From contig NMRA01000109.1 of assembly GCA_002633005.1 (NCBI GenBank), positions 86,971-150,970 on the forward strand: DNA of 64,000 bases, in the 5' to 3' direction. How positions within the stretch are numbered: position 1 is the first letter of the stretch; the number at the start of each line of letters is the position of its first letter. The position numbers and the translations under genes were made by a program. The DNA is from Phoronis australis (lineage: Eukaryota > Animalia > Phoronida). Below the pieces are notes generated by a model. It saw nothing but the letters and a program-made list of their open reading frames with translations, was not told where the DNA came from and did not search any database. Below are positions 1 to 13,747 of the stretch, piece by piece.

Positions 1-819
1 GAAAACAATTTACACAAAGTTTTAAACTCGTAACTCATCCCGCTGTCCTCCAATATGGCCGACGCGATCCAAACAAAGTGACCCAAATTTCGCCACAAAA
101 CTTGCAATAACTTTACAGTGCTTGCCCCGATTTTGATACTTTTTCGATTTTTACTGAGTAGAATGTACTACCTTTCCGATGATAGCAAAGTACTTTTTCA
201 AAACGAGGAAAAAAATAAAACCGAAAAAAAAATTGGTTCGATCCACATTGGTTCCTAGGTTCGACCGGCCTACGTAAGGAATTAAACACCAATGCTATTT
301 TAACATACTAAGTACGCGTAACATTAAAAAAAAAATCAACGACCACTAACTTCAAACTATAAATACAGTACATATGCAAACGAATCACGAGATATTATCA
401 ATAAAACAAAATAATGAAGACTTTTCGAGCAAGCGATAGCACATTCAGTTACAAGTGGCAAGAAAGGCGAAAAGAATATAAAGAAAGGGTGTCGAAAATA
501 AGATTTTATGCAGTAAGTATTTTCGGATACTGGAATCACATGGGCAGTTTGAGAGAAGGACTTTAAGTCAAAACTGACAGATGAGTAATGCCGACAAGCC
601 TCCAGAAACTGCGAAACAAGATCGTCATTTAACAAAACATTCTAATTTCTAGGCCACAAGGGTACTCTATTTTATTTCTGAAAGGTACTGGTTGTAATGA
701 AATTGGGATACGAGGAATTATTAGACAAAGAGCAGATGTTTTGGCCGAAATTAAATGTCTCGCTGGTTTTGCAAAGTTGATTTATTCTAAATGGCATGAC
801 CAAAAGAAAACAAACATAT

Positions 820-1300
820 TAGACCGAGATCCCAGAGCTTTTTTGGGCACGAAAAGGTAACCAATTTTCTTTGGTGCCAAAGTGCTCTGTGGGTATCCTG
901 ATGCTTGGAAATGGCCGTCTGGCAGGTTCGCTCTGGTGGGTGTGGTCAGGGGAGCCAAGAGAATTACACTAAAAAATTGAGCTAGATCAACTTTTCTGGT
1001 AACTATTTTAAACTGCCTTCGATACCTGCTACGTCATCCATTGTATCAAAATTGGTCACTGCCAGACAATTTCAGTGGTGGGGAGTACCCGCCAGACGAA
1101 CATATACAGGATACAAAAATTGAGCTAGATCAATACAAGAGGTAACCGCTTGAAACCAGTCGCAAAATATTCACCGTAAGCCCAGGTATCACGAATGAAC
1201 ACTGCCAGACAAATCTAGTGGTGGGTTACCCCCGCCAGACACGCCCAAGTACCTGAGTTGAGCTAGATCAACCCGCCAGGTAACCGCTTGAAACCATTTG
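820..1300 (+). repeat. Left TIR of Academ element with three ~140-bp subrepeats
   Basis: TTGAGCTAGATCAA core at 977, 1120 and 1258. Reverse complement of ~5670-6151. Confidence 0.9.
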
Positions 1301-1440
1301 CATAATGTAGAGCAACATTCTGCATGCAACAAAAGATACTTTACAGACATTTTTAGCGGTGGGGCAGTAGCGTGCAGAGGTTTGATCGATGTAGAGGCTA
1401 CTTTTTTAGACGCTCTCTACTCAAATGCATATATCCTATT

Positions 1441-3951
1441 CAGGCCCGTAGCCAGCATGGTCGTTCGAATTTCAAGAACGGTGGATCTTGGTATTTTTCA
1501 AACGTCGACATTGTAGTTTTTAGTGATGCCTTTGGCGCAGCTTAATTAGTGGGAAAGGAAATCTGTATACACGACGACGACTCATGTTCATGAGATGAGA
1601 CGGAACTTGTAATACCAGATACGAGGATGCTGTGACGATTGCTCGCAAAGAACGGGACGCAAATTAGGATGTACACCTGTAATGTCTTCCAAAAAGAGAA
1701 CATTCTCGCGTTATTTCCTGCCGAAGTTTCAAATCAGCCATGCTTAAATGAGTGATTACACCTCATTGCATACTCAGACGGAAATATGAAGTCTAGTTGG
1801 CGAATGACTTAACAAAATTGTATATCTGGTTGTATTTTAGCGTGTTACATGTACTTAAGTTACTTACATAGCTGGAAATGGGGACATCCCACTATTTCGA
1901 AAGTTTACTACTCGGAAGGTTCACTGACTATTTCGAAGGTTCACTACTTCAACGATTCACCTCTCCGAACATTCACCGCTCCACACATGTCTAAACTTTC
2001 AGACTCAGATGTGATTTTTGAACTTTTGCATGCTAAAATAAACGATATTTCGGTTATTGGATGCACCTATACCGAAAACAACGCCCGGGCACTAAAACAC
2101 TTTGGGTTTTATGTAGACAGTGACCACCGTCTCCAGCTGGCCAGCACAACTAGAAACGGTAGTCAGATTTTATGCGCATGCGAAATTGCCCGCATGTCTT
2201 AAAATGAGTACTCCCTTGAATTTTAAATTATATGAAGTAGGAATACTGATGAATCATCAGCCATGACACAATTCACCAAATTCATGTCAAGATCGAATTG
2301 CAGCGCGACGCACACGGCAGGGTCGAAACTAAATGAAGTTACTAGGCCACCAGGTCCCTGCCAGTCCTCATGAAGTCGGGGAGTCCCATTTAGTCTTCTT
2401 AGATTTGAAACCGCCGTTGGTCGCCGCAGCCGTGCCCCAGATGTTGTCTCTGCTTGAGAATGAGTCGTGATCACACAACCAAAATAGTGAACTGTCGGAA
2501 TTCTGGGCCCAGTCTCGAATCTTTTTACTCGAAATGGAACTCGAAATAATGTTTGGCATTTTTCAATCTACTTTTTTGCGAACTCAAGATAAGTGTCCAT
2601 TACTCAATTCTCGAATACACAATGACTTACGTGGTTTATTGATTAGTCATATTTTGCAGTTGACAAAACCAACATTAAAGCTAAAAGTTTAAGTTTAAGC
2701 ACGAAATTTCGAGTTTTTACTCGAGTTTGTAGCACGCATATATGGGTTTTTAAGTGCAAACTTGGACTAGAAACTCATATGCATGAACAATAATTATTCG
2801 AGCACAATCTGATAACCACTTATCTTGAGTTCGCACAAAAGGAGCAGAGAAATTGCCAAAAATAATTTCCAGTTCGTTTCGAGTACAAAGATTAGAGACC
2901 GGGCCCAGGGTTTGGAATAGTGGAAATTCAAAGTAGTGATCTTTAGAAGATAACGAAACTTTGGAGTAATTGGCATTCTGAGTACTGGACCTTCGGAGTA
3001 TTGAACCTTCGTCATAGTGACATGGAACCCTGGAAATCTTTTCCATCTAGTTTGTGGCTCGTATGAAGTCTGCCGGGTTGTGCACCATTGACATTGATTG
3101 ACTAGAGAAGATTTTCATTGACCAAAGTTGAGGTCTATACCTACCTTTCCATCATAACGTGAAAATGCTCAACGGTGTATTCTCAGTGCAAGAAAACGCG
3201 GTAGTTGAATGTCTGATTTTTTAGCACGACGGAGGACTGCCTATAATGAACTTACTGTCATCATGTTCTGAATTTAAAAGAACAGAAACGTTCAAACGTG
3301 TACACGCATGCATGTCAATCCATCCAACAATCAAAGTAGACACTGGTTGAACAACATATTTGCAAATATGACGATCACTTTCAATTCAAAATTTGAAAAT
3401 GCCTACACTTCTACCGTACTATGGTTGCAATTAAACCAAAAATATCAGAATAACAAATCTCAATTTTTCTGCTGCTGTGTTTCTTGGCCGAGTTTAAGGC
3501 ATTCACACCGCACTACTTTTTGGGAGTTCTCTCGTTGTTATTTACATTAACACGAAGCTTACTTAGGTCCTAGGGCTAGACTTTTAGGCTTAGATATAGA
3601 CATTCACTTCTGGACTCACTTGTTACCCTTTGTTGTAGCCACCACGCGCGTGGTTTATGAATAATATCCTCCTCTTATCACATACACGATCCTGTCATCT
3701 ACAGCGGCACTCGCGAAGTTCGCCGAGTTCGGTCTGACGCCACGGGACGCAGTTTGAATCAGAAGCGGATTCAAAATTATTGCTAACTTAGTTATCATTG
3801 TAGTTAGCACCAGTAGCTGCAACAGTTTTGTTGTTATTGTACAATTAAACCCTATCTTTAACGAATATGCTGGGGGTGGACCTTTTCAGCTGGTTAGGGG
3901 TTCGATCGAGCCCCCCCCCAAACCCTCCCCCCGGCTACGGGCTATGGGCCT
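1441..3951. mobile_element. Possible MITE-type element (CAGGCCCGTAGCC termini) nested in Academ
   Basis: CAGGCCCGTAGCC at 1441. GGCTACGGGCTATGGGCCTG ends at 3951 after a C-rich tract. Flanks TCCTATT/TACTATT are only an imperfect duplication. Confidence 0.45.
1880..3029. mobile_element. Non-autonomous DNA transposon with ~16-bp tandem subterminal repeats and 8-bp TSD (MULE/Merlin-like, family uncertain)
   Basis: CTGGAAAT duplicated at 1872-1879 and 3030-3037. GG...CC ends. CGAAGGTTCACT-like repeats at 1890-1950 are inverted at 2915-3015. Confidence 0.7.
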
Positions 3952-4419
3952 GTACTATTAATAATAAAAGTAAAAAGGTGAAGCATAAACTAGATTCTTT
4001 ATTTAATTCAACTGCAATTCAGTCATTATTTCTAAAAATATTATACATAGTGGTTGGATACCCCTTTCCCCAATGTAGATGCCCAGGTCCGTCGCCACGG
4101 TGGCTGAGCACCTTTACAACATCTATGGATAATTAATTCGAACGCGTTTTATATTCACTATGAAGGCAAAAAGCGAACAGTTCCATTGCTCGCATATCTG
4201 TGTCGTGCCAATGAAATGATTATCAATCTAACTAAACTGAAAATCTAATAGGACTCGTTATACCCACGAATCAGTTGTTTGCATCATTAACAGAATTTTT
4301 TATCTACGTTACAGCATTTATAGTTTCCACGAAATCTAACACGACCATACGTACCCAATATCAGGTGCCGCAGAGGTGTTTTCAGCCTTTTTGGAGATCA
4401 CCATATCAAACATAAAAAA

Positions 4420-4770
4420 TACAGAATGTTTCAAAGAGAGGTAAACAGCCGATCTATTGAAGTTCTTCCTCCTACGTAGCACTGAGAACGCACCGTTTTC
4501 CAGCGCTTCACGTAATATTGGGTTTGCCAATTTCAACTTTTGGTAAACAATGTTCCCCATCTGGCGTAGTTTGGGCGGTTCAGGGCAAAGAATACATCTA
4601 GCGTAGTCGGAAAAATGTTGATATAGCCACTGAAGTCATTGTTCCTGACGCATCTCTGGAGTTCTCTGTGGGCTCGGTTTATGAGAAAGACGAAGATTGC
4701 CCAAAACTGATCAGTTTTGCCAAATTTGCCATTAATCACTTTGTGAAATGAAGGTAGATAGCGCGCAAAC
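4420..4770 (-). pseudogene. Academ-type transposase fragment (frameshifted)
   Basis: ORFs 4533-4832 and 4336-4560 give QFW..R..RNND..FFALNRPNYARW, then ENGAFSVLRRRKNFNRSAVYLSL. This matches the NYAR and F-R-S-D-xLE(Q) blocks I recognise from Academ transposases. Confidence 0.75.
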
Positions 4771-5239
4771 ATAACGTAGGCGACAGCAAAAGACGGCATT
4801 TTGATTAATATTCCTTTTAGCAGTTGCATCAAATGACTCGTCCGAAAACAAAGGGACGCAGTTTAGACTGGTACAATAGGACAACGAAAAATGGAAATTA
4901 GTGAAAACACAACGTGCTATCCGTCTTGGACGGGTTTTTAGGTTTTGTTTTTAATAGGGAATTATGTGGAGTATTCCGCTGTTTTTGCATGGACTTGTGA
5001 GGTTGCTCCAACCTCAGGCGCGATTTTTCTGGTTTTCTTGCCCTGACATAAACTTGCAGACAAAAATCTCACCTTGTGCGGTGACCTGTGTCGTACAGAC
5101 TTAGTTGCTCTATTGAAAATCGAAGTGCCTGGTTCCTGATTGTGATGCTTATTCAGCGTGAATGGGCTTATAATCAATTTTGTTTCGACTCTTTATTTGT
5201 GTGACGGAGGCATCTTACTGTTTTGCCACGTGCAATCAT

Positions 5240-6151
5240 GCTGAACATCGGGCGATTGGTTTCAAGCGGTTTCCTGGTGGGTTGATCTAGCTCAACTCAG
5301 GTATTTGAGCGTGTCTGGCGGGGATAACCCACCTCTAGATTTGTCTGGCAGTATTTATTCTTGATACCTGGGCTTACGGCAAATATTTGGCAACTGGTTT
5401 CATGCGGTTACCTCTTGGATTGATCTAGCTCAATTCATGTATTTGGGCGTGTCTGGCGGGGCTAACCCACCACTAGATTTGTCTGGCAGTGTTTATTCGT
5501 GATACCTTGGCTTACGGTGAATATTTTGGAACTGGTTTTAGGCGTTTACCTCTTGGGTTGATCTAGCTCAATGTTTAACCCTTTTTGATAATCGTCTGGC
5601 AGGGGCACCCCACCACTGAAACTGTCTGGCATCTAACTGTTGTGCCATGTTCAGTGACGCTGAACATCGTGCAATTGGTTTCAAACGGTTACCTGATGGG
5701 TTGATCTAGCTCAATTCAGGTATTTGATCATTTCTGGCGTGGGTAACCCGCCACTATATTTGTCTGGCAGTGCTCATCCGTGATACCTGGGCTTACGGTG
5801 AATATTTTGCGACTGGTTTCAAGCGGTTACCTCTTGGATTGATCTAACTCAATTTTTGTACCCTTTATATGTTCGTCTAGCGGGTACTCCCCACCATTGA
5901 AATTGTCTGGCAGTGACCAATTTTGATACAATGGATGACGTAGCAGGTATCGAAGGCAGTTTTAAGTGGTTACCAGAAAAGATGATCTAGCTCAATTTTT
6001 TAGTGTAATTCTCTTGGCTCCCCTGACCACACCCACCAGAGCGAACCTGCCAGACGGCCATTTACAAGCACCAGGATACCCAAAGAGCACTTTGGCACCA
6101 AAGAAAATTGGTTACCTTTTCATGCCCAAAAAGCTCTGGGATCCCGGTCTA
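5240..6151 (-). repeat. Right TIR/subterminal array of Academ element with six ~140-bp subrepeats
   Basis: TGATCTAGCTCAA-like core at about 5282, 5420, 5558, 5701, 5839 and 5982, each associated with GTCTGGC motifs. Confidence 0.9.
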
Positions 6152-8674
6152 TATCCGCTGAGCCACTTTCATAACATTTCCTTCAAAATTGTAGTTGACC
6201 TTATCCTCTTGCGGCTTTCTAGATCTTACGGTTTTGTATGAACCATATCATTTATATGAAATGAGCCGGTGCTTATAAAATTTAAGAGTCTCACCATCCC
6301 ATATTCCTAAAGTACAGTCAGCAAATATTTCGGAAATGTAGTGTACAAGTATCCACATTGGATAACACATTCGTACATGTACGGTACTTGAGTAATGCCG
6401 ATGGATGTAAACCACTTGGTATTGATGTGATTAGTTTTGAGGTCACAGGCTTCTCAACAACAAGCACATTCATACATTGTGTCTGTAAAGATAACACCAA
6501 CAAAAAGTTTTGATTTTAAGTATGTTACTTTTCAACATGTTTTAATGATAATGCTTAGAAAAATAAATCCAGAGTCAGTTCAATTCCAAAAGTTACACTA
6601 ATTGCACAAGATTTCAAGAGCTAATCAAGTAGAAATATCAAGTTCAGGGTAGAATAAACAAAGTCTTGATGTCAGTAATATTTCAAACAGTGGGAAGGTT
6701 GAATGATTTGATTTAAATTCGTGAACCTCGCAAAAAACTTCGGGAAATTTCCATGTCATGTACTGTTGCAGCTACAAGAGCAAAACTGAGCGATTGCATA
6801 CTTGAAGGAGTTTTTCGCAGTTTTTACAGCAGTGCAGAAAATTTTCTGTTCTTTGGTGAATGGAATTCTTGATGGGTGGCTAGGTTTCTGAACTTCTCAG
6901 CTCCTTAAATCTGACACTGAAGTCAAAATGTTAAAAGACAAAAATGTAGAAGCGTTTTGCTCGGTATTATAAATTCGTGGAAACCCTGTGGTGTATTAGT
7001 AACTAGTAGGTGGAGATAGAAGTCGACAACACACATTCCCTGAAAAAATCTAGAATACCTTGGAACAAACTAGAGAGATGCAGGTAATGCAGATACAACT
7101 TTGGTTCAGACTCCGTGGATACTTCTCTGGACACTGTTGCCACTTCATACCTACAGTGCAAACATCAATTTACAGTAAGCTTATGAAGCATGGGTAATGA
7201 TGTCAAGCAAATAACCAAGATAATAACTGAAATATATGAATCACCGCCACAAACCTTGTGAGTGCAATTCATTAGCAGTTATTTGCTGTGGACTGGAATT
7301 TGTAACCACAAATTTTTCCTCGTCAATTGATGTATTTCGAATTTTGGAAATCGATCAAACACATGTGTGCTTCAACTTTGTAAACCTTTGCAGGCAGCAA
7401 AACTGTGATTGTTTAGAATGGACACACGTGTAACTTATCCGAGAAAACACAAGCATAGTACTGTTTCAATTTGATAAATGGCATTTTCAAACTTTTGCAA
7501 AATTTCTTTCAAAAAGGTAGTACTTCAAAATACATGAACATAGGTCTGCAGTGATGTATTAGGTACATCAAGGCAAACAAAGCTAAGAGACATGACATTA
7601 CCTACTATGTGCTAAATGTACCCTATTGTAAATGTAAAATTCACGGTTTGGCAGTTAAACAGAATCACCGCCTGAACTGGACAAGCACAGGAACCAATTC
7701 ATGCCTAGCACAGGCTAACCCATCAAATAGATGGACATCCTAGGGGCTATTGATGTCGTTGATTTCTTCTAACTGGAACAAATATTTCGGTAATTAAGAT
7801 TTCTTTCCCATATACCATTTGTAAGAGAGATGCAAGTTTCAAGCGTTAGCGAACTCAAGTAGATGACCAGTGTACTGCGTTAGTTATTGCTTTACTTCGT
7901 TACACAGGATTACCTCGATGTGATTTCAAAATGCTTTATCAGTTATGCAATCAAAACCGAAATAGGTCAGATCGCAGAAATGGTCAGTTCATGACTTTGT
8001 TCACTTAAATGAAGGGCAGTTAGAAAAAATCTCAATGCCGGAGTATTTGTTCAAGCTGGGAAGAGTTAGACATCAACGACAGGCTCCTTAGTTATCCCTC
8101 TATGCGCAAAGGCAACATGACTTTGATGGCTTAATCAGTTTGGCACAATTTGTCATATATCATCTGGCATATGGGGGGCTTATGGCACAACTATTTTCTG
8201 TTCGCATGTCAAGAAATGAAACAAAAACAGGCCGTCAATACATGGTGATAGGTAGGTGTATATTCATTAATTTTGCCAAGAAAATAATTAGAAACAAGCT
8301 TTCAAAATATTTAAGATCTAGCAAAGTTTATTCAATTTCCTGAAGTTGTGTTGTCGCATTTATCCAACACAAATCAACGATTGTGTTTTAGGACAAAGGT
8401 TAAGTCACTAGCCAAAAGAGGGGGATCAATACAGACAATGAAATTCATAAATTGGTCACTAGCCAAATGAGGATCCATATAACTAGTACTGTCGACAGAT
8501 AATGAAACTTGAAGAATTTTTGTCTGAACTTGTAATAACTTTCAGAAAAACTATTGTCCCAGTGACTTCTCGGACTACTTCTTTATTGGTTCGAGGCGAT
8601 TTTAATGCCGGGGCCGCCATGTCCCAATAACTACCGAGGCACATAAGCAGGATAGAACATATTGTACTACTTAC

Positions 8675-8892
8675 GGATTGTAGTACGCATCAAGCAGGCG
8701 TTTTGCCTTTTCGGAATTAGTGACCGATAGCTCATTTCTGAGAGATTTCTTGCGATGGTACTATGTGCCCAAATCAATGCGTCAGCTTTTATTTACTTTC
8801 AGTTGCACGTCTTTACTTCTTTTCTTTCTGTCTGATTCGTTTAGTTTAGACAAAGGTCCTCTTAACTTGCCCAACTCCTCACTGGCGGCCAT
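8675..8892 (-). pseudogene. Decayed first exon of a transposon-associated protein (possibly Kolobok-type N-terminus)
   Basis: Hand translation MAASEELGK...RIDLGT*YHRKKSLRNELSVTNSEKAKRLLDAYYN is followed by a GTAAGT donor. It resembles the RIxIG..RW..L...A..LLD.Y motif of animal TE proteins. Two stop codons. Confidence 0.35.
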
Positions 8893-11800
8893 CTTGTCTG
8901 GCGATGTCTTGAACATGTAAATTCCTGCAATTACTTACTAACTCATTCGACCCTGAGGGCCATATGGTTTAAAAAGGTTAATGGCCTGGCCGCGCTGTGG
9001 AATGTCTAACCCCATGATGTCTGAGGGTATTTCACTCAGAACTAGGTCAGAAGCACTGCACATAATTAAAACTTGGTCATTAGGAGTACTTACCACATTT
9101 TCAGCAATACACGATGATATAAATTTTACCCAAGTTCAATACTGATAAAGGGTTGAACAAGCAGTTTTACTTTTTGTCTTCCAGAAACAAAGACTTTGTT
9201 TACAAATATTCCATTTATATTTCCAGAAAACATGTCAGGAAAGTTTTCCGTGTGACATATCCTCATTATAATCTAGATCTCTGAAATCTGTATATAAATC
9301 TGACCACTCAGTGCCATCAGTATCCTCACTTTCATATCCATAATCACTGAAGTCTATATCTAAATTTGACCAGTGTAATCAGTATCCACACTACCCTCCA
9401 TAATAAAAACTTCAAGAACTGTGACAGCAGCAGAGATGATATCCGTGTAATACCAAGTCAGTATTTCAAGTGAATACAGCGCTAGTGACAGAGTAGAATG
9501 TTCCCAGTAACTGGACATTTTTGTTATTGCATCTGGTCAGTTCCAACAATATAAATAGGGGCAGGCACCCTAGCAGATGATTAAGTGGTGACAGCAATCT
9601 TATGTAATACCAATTAGGCCCCACTTCAGAGCACTTAGCTTCAATCTAGTCTTCAAATCAAACAAACATACTATATTTCTTGGAGGAACATCTCTATAAT
9701 CTTACAACAACCACTACAAAGTTAACACGCTTCCTGGTTTTTCCTTGAATTGATAATTAGCTTGTGAAGAAATTGTTCTAAAGTTGTGAAATAACAGCCA
9801 ATAGGCATTAACTTCACAAACAATAAGTTAAAACAGAGTATGGTGTCTCAGTCCTCATTGGATAGAAAACTGGGAATACCTTAGATGTATTTAAACTTAA
9901 ACCAATAAATTACTGCCTTCTATCCCTCCTGATGGCGTGATCCGCCTGTGAGATACATTGTTTAGATAACGCCTCCAGACGGCATCAGGCCCCTGGGTGA
10001 AAACAACAGTCACGCCGTTTGGCGGGATCAGGGGGGAATTAACGCTGCGCCTTCCTCAGACGTACATATAGTGTCTATGGGTAATCACATCAGGCATATG
10101 CGGGTCAAATCTCCAGTAACGGTCCAATCATGACAGGTCAAAGTTGCAGGCACAAAGCACATATATAGTGCCCATAGCCCAATACGCTAGAGACATAGCC
10201 GCTCGAGATCCCAGTCAGATGTTACAGAGTATATGTAACACTAATAAAGCACAGTCATTAGCTTCATCACGGCACGAGGTACAAACATCATTGGGTGACA
10301 AGGTATTCACTTTACAGCACTGTACCGGTACTATCCTACATTGACCGTTAGCGCATGAGCGCATTCACTATAAATGGGAGGGTGATTAGAGATCAGTCTA
10401 CATGTGGTTACCACAATAATTTTGCTTCGTGCTTCTTTCAAAAACCGTGAATTGTGTGATTTTGGTCTGGAACTTCCCTCACACGGGGAAGTGGATAACT
10501 CTGTAGTTGAGGTTACTAGAAGATACTTTCGTTGCGGATCGTTTAAAACATATTTTCACGAGTTTTCTCGGTCCAGGCCACATAGAGGCCGTACCACCGG
10601 ACAAAAAAATGTTGTAGAGACAATTAGACAGTTTCACCGATTCTACTTAGCAGAAGAGATACAATGTATGATGCTACAATATAATATTTTTATGCACCAG
10701 ATTAGCTTTTTAACGAAATATGCCTCGCACTGATTCAACCATCAAAGTTGCTCATTGGGAGATACTTTTTGTAGACCTTCTGTCTGGAGTGGACTGACAG
10801 TGTTCTTAGTTTTATTATTTTGTCCATTGTACTGTTTGTGTTCTAGTACACTCGGGAACCGAATGGTCGTCCGCCTAAGCATAAAACCGGCTTGTTGTCG
10901 TACTCACCCAATTTTTCCACTTCAAAGTTATGCTCTGAATAGGATTTGATTTAACTCTCACAACTACATAGTATTCGTTGATTCAAAAGTTTTCTTTTAT
11001 TTATGCCGAGTTGTTTCCTCTGTGCATTGCTTTTCGGCAGCCATTTTATAATGAGTTCTATGGTCGTCATATGCAACCGCCTTTTGAAAGAACAGAAAAC
11101 CACACAGAAAAAGGCCAAGAAAATAGTGGAGTGGTTTATAGCAATTTTACTTCAACCACAATCTGTTTTACTAGTATGATATCTATTTTTAAATCGATTA
11201 AAATTGATTCAGAATTTCGGTTCTGGAAAAAAATCGCAATTGTTTTATTCCAGATAGTCCTTACTTATTTTCTGTTTGTGACTTTATTTCACTTTTTGCT
11301 CTTGTTGTTCTTAATACCACTTATCTCTGCTGTCTTTTTCTTTTCAGTTTTTCTTCATTCTCTGTTAACACCATGTCAGCCAAAACAGAACTGTAATCCT
11401 TTGAGACTTGGTCGGAGGAAATTGATCATTGCAATTGTTCTAATAAAATACCCAATATCGTATTGTTTGATTTTTTCTCACCTTTAACAGGCTTCTGCAA
11501 TCATAAATAAATGAATAAATACCCACGTTGCATTTGCATTTTATTGCTCAATCTCTTCTTTTATTTTTGATTATGTCATGCTGTGTTGTATGTAACAATG
11601 CAATATAGTGAAACAAAATCAATGTTTTATTTTATTGGTGGCCATTCTCTCTCAATTGAAGTATTTTAATTTTCTTCAAACAAATTCAAAATGCTTTAAC
11701 CAAAGATTTCAGCATGATTGTTGAGCTCAGTACTGTGGTTTGCAATAAAAAACAAGTGGACAATATTTTGATGACCAAAGCGTGGGCCGAAACTGTTAAG

Positions 11801-12204
11801 CACCCAGCGTGTTGCATTTGTCTGCTGCGTTTTTCCTTTGATTTAACAGGTGTCGGTTAGTGCCTGGGACAAATAGTATACATTGCATAAACAATCCCTT
11901 GGTTGTTTTTCGTTCCGTCTGAAAAAAATTTAATTTCGAAAATATCATCTGAAAATGAACAAAAAAGTGCATTAGTAAAATCTACAAGTTTTTAAGTGGT
12001 CTCGAAAAACAGTCGGTAAATGCACCGATTTTCGTCTCAGTTCTTCCATGCGTGTTTCTCCCGCGAAGTTAGTACCTAACGTGCAGACGAGCACTCCAGA
12101 TTGGAACGCTGAGTCCCGCGTGGCTGCGCTGCACGCGAAAGAATATGGCGGACGACCTTTGGAGCCTGACGACGATAGGTATCCGGGCTATAGATACATG
12201 TACT

Positions 12205-13574
12205 TATTGATTGACATGAGGTCAGAGATGATGCAATTTGTTTACCTAAGAATAGTCTGGAGTATACTACAAGAATGTAGCATGTAAGTGATTAATGTAA
12301 TCTGGAACATTCTAGAGCTGGGTGTAGTGTATCCACACGAACATTACATGTCTCTCTTGTTTTTTTGTTTATGTTTTTGTTTTTGTTTTTTTTTGTTCTT
12401 GGCCCAGCGGGTTGTACGCGTATAATAATAATAGCGTAACAGTGTTTCATGAAACTTTATTGATAACTAATACGATACAAGAATACGTCTGTAAGATTTG
12501 AGTACACGAACACGTTTAATTACGGTACCATACGAATACCAATACGGTTAAACCTGAAACAATGAATAAAGATAATACAATCTCTAATACAAATTAAAGT
12601 ACGAAATACAATATACTAAAATTAAGAAAACTGCACGTCTGGTAATATTATATCAACTCGCAATTAGGCAAACACAAGTTAGCAGAAACTTGTAGTTACA
12701 ACAATTTCTGTGAATTAATCAAATAACCAAGGAACTGAAAAAGTTGTTTCTAAACACATAGTTAATAGTGAAACATCAAGAAACAAAATTGTGTCTCTTA
12801 CCAACGCTGGGTATCTGTGATATTTTTAAACAAGCAGCAGCCTCTCTCCAAGCAATGTGAATTCTAGAGTAGCTAACAGAATACTTATACTGAACACAAG
12901 AATGGTGGGCGAGATAGTTCAAAATATGAAAACCAACAAACTTCCTCCAAAATGCTACTTCTAGTTCCAAAACAATTCTCTGAATAAAGTTCCTGAACTC
13001 CAACAACGAACCCAAGCCATTACCAAATATTGTGTAGGCAGACAAAGTTAAGTAATTTCTATGGATAATAGTTCCGATTATTGTCGTTGTCGGAAATGCC
13101 TCATCCCAAAGCTGACAGGTTTCAAAGACTTAATGTTACAAAACTTGCAAAACAAGGCACCAGTTCTAGAATATTGCATAATACTATAAATACCCAAGCA
13201 AATGGGTTTGTGAAAAGTGTGAATTAAGAGCTGAAAGTCAGTTAAAGTTAGTAACAAGATAGTTACAGTTGAGAGAATCAGCAGTCACAGCTACAATAGA
13301 GAGCCAGCTATAAAGACAGCAGGTTATTGAATCAGGGAGAGTAACAGTTGCTGAAAGTGTCACAGAATCTTTTCTCAAGACGAGGCTCTTCGCAGCACTG
13401 GCTGGAGCATAAAACAGACATTGCGTCTGACGATTTGTTTGAGTAGGCTTGTGAACGTACGGTTGGGATTAAAAATTTATTAAATGGAGCAGTCTTCAGT
13501 CTATCGTAGCATCGAAAACTATTGGCACCTGTCTGTAACAACCTGCGCCCACCCACACAAGGGAAAACGTGACG
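12205..13574 (+). mobile_element. Degenerate LTR (same family as 20806-21485) interrupted by ~850 bp
   Basis: 12205-12316 resembles 20867-20990 and 13164-13574 resembles 21060-21485 (shared GCTATAAAGACAGCAGG and GTAACAACCTGCGCCCACCCACAC). Ends in ACGTGACG. Confidence 0.75.
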
Positions 13575-13656
13575 CCTTCTAATGCATTAAATACCGGTAT
13601 GTTAATTCTTCCAATACAAAAAAATACTCAAGTAATCAAACTTTGTTTCTAAAAAG

Positions 13657-13747
13657 TCGGCAACCGGGCATGTTTACAATTGCACGCACCAGGGGATATG
13701 ACATCATATCTCCTGGTGCGAGCAGTGTAAAATTGGCCAGTTGCTGA
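13657..13747. repeat. ~90-bp imperfect palindrome (hairpin MITE-like)
   Basis: GCACCAGGGGATATGA-CA-TCATATCTCCTGGTGC core, with outer arms TCGGCAACC/GTTGCTGA. Confidence 0.7.

Larger units (their letters stand above)
820..6151 (-). mobile_element. Academ-superfamily DNA transposon, non-autonomous/decayed
   Basis: Termini TAGACCGAGATCCCAGAGC (820) and GCTCTGGGATCCCGGTCTA (6151). Long TIRs, 3-bp direct flank TAT (817-819 and 6152-6154), internal transposase-like fragment. TAG termini with a 3-bp TSD are characteristic of Academ. Confidence 0.85.

Noticed and set aside
6300-8200. Continuation of a transposase downstream of the 8675-8892 exon (e.g. EEKFVV..C...C near 7250-7320)
   Set aside because: Too decayed to assign by eye, and no termini found.
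10978-11487. 169-aa hydrophobic ORF as a membrane protein
   Set aside because: F/L/I richness follows from T-rich DNA. It starts at TTG, with no recognisable domain or splice support.
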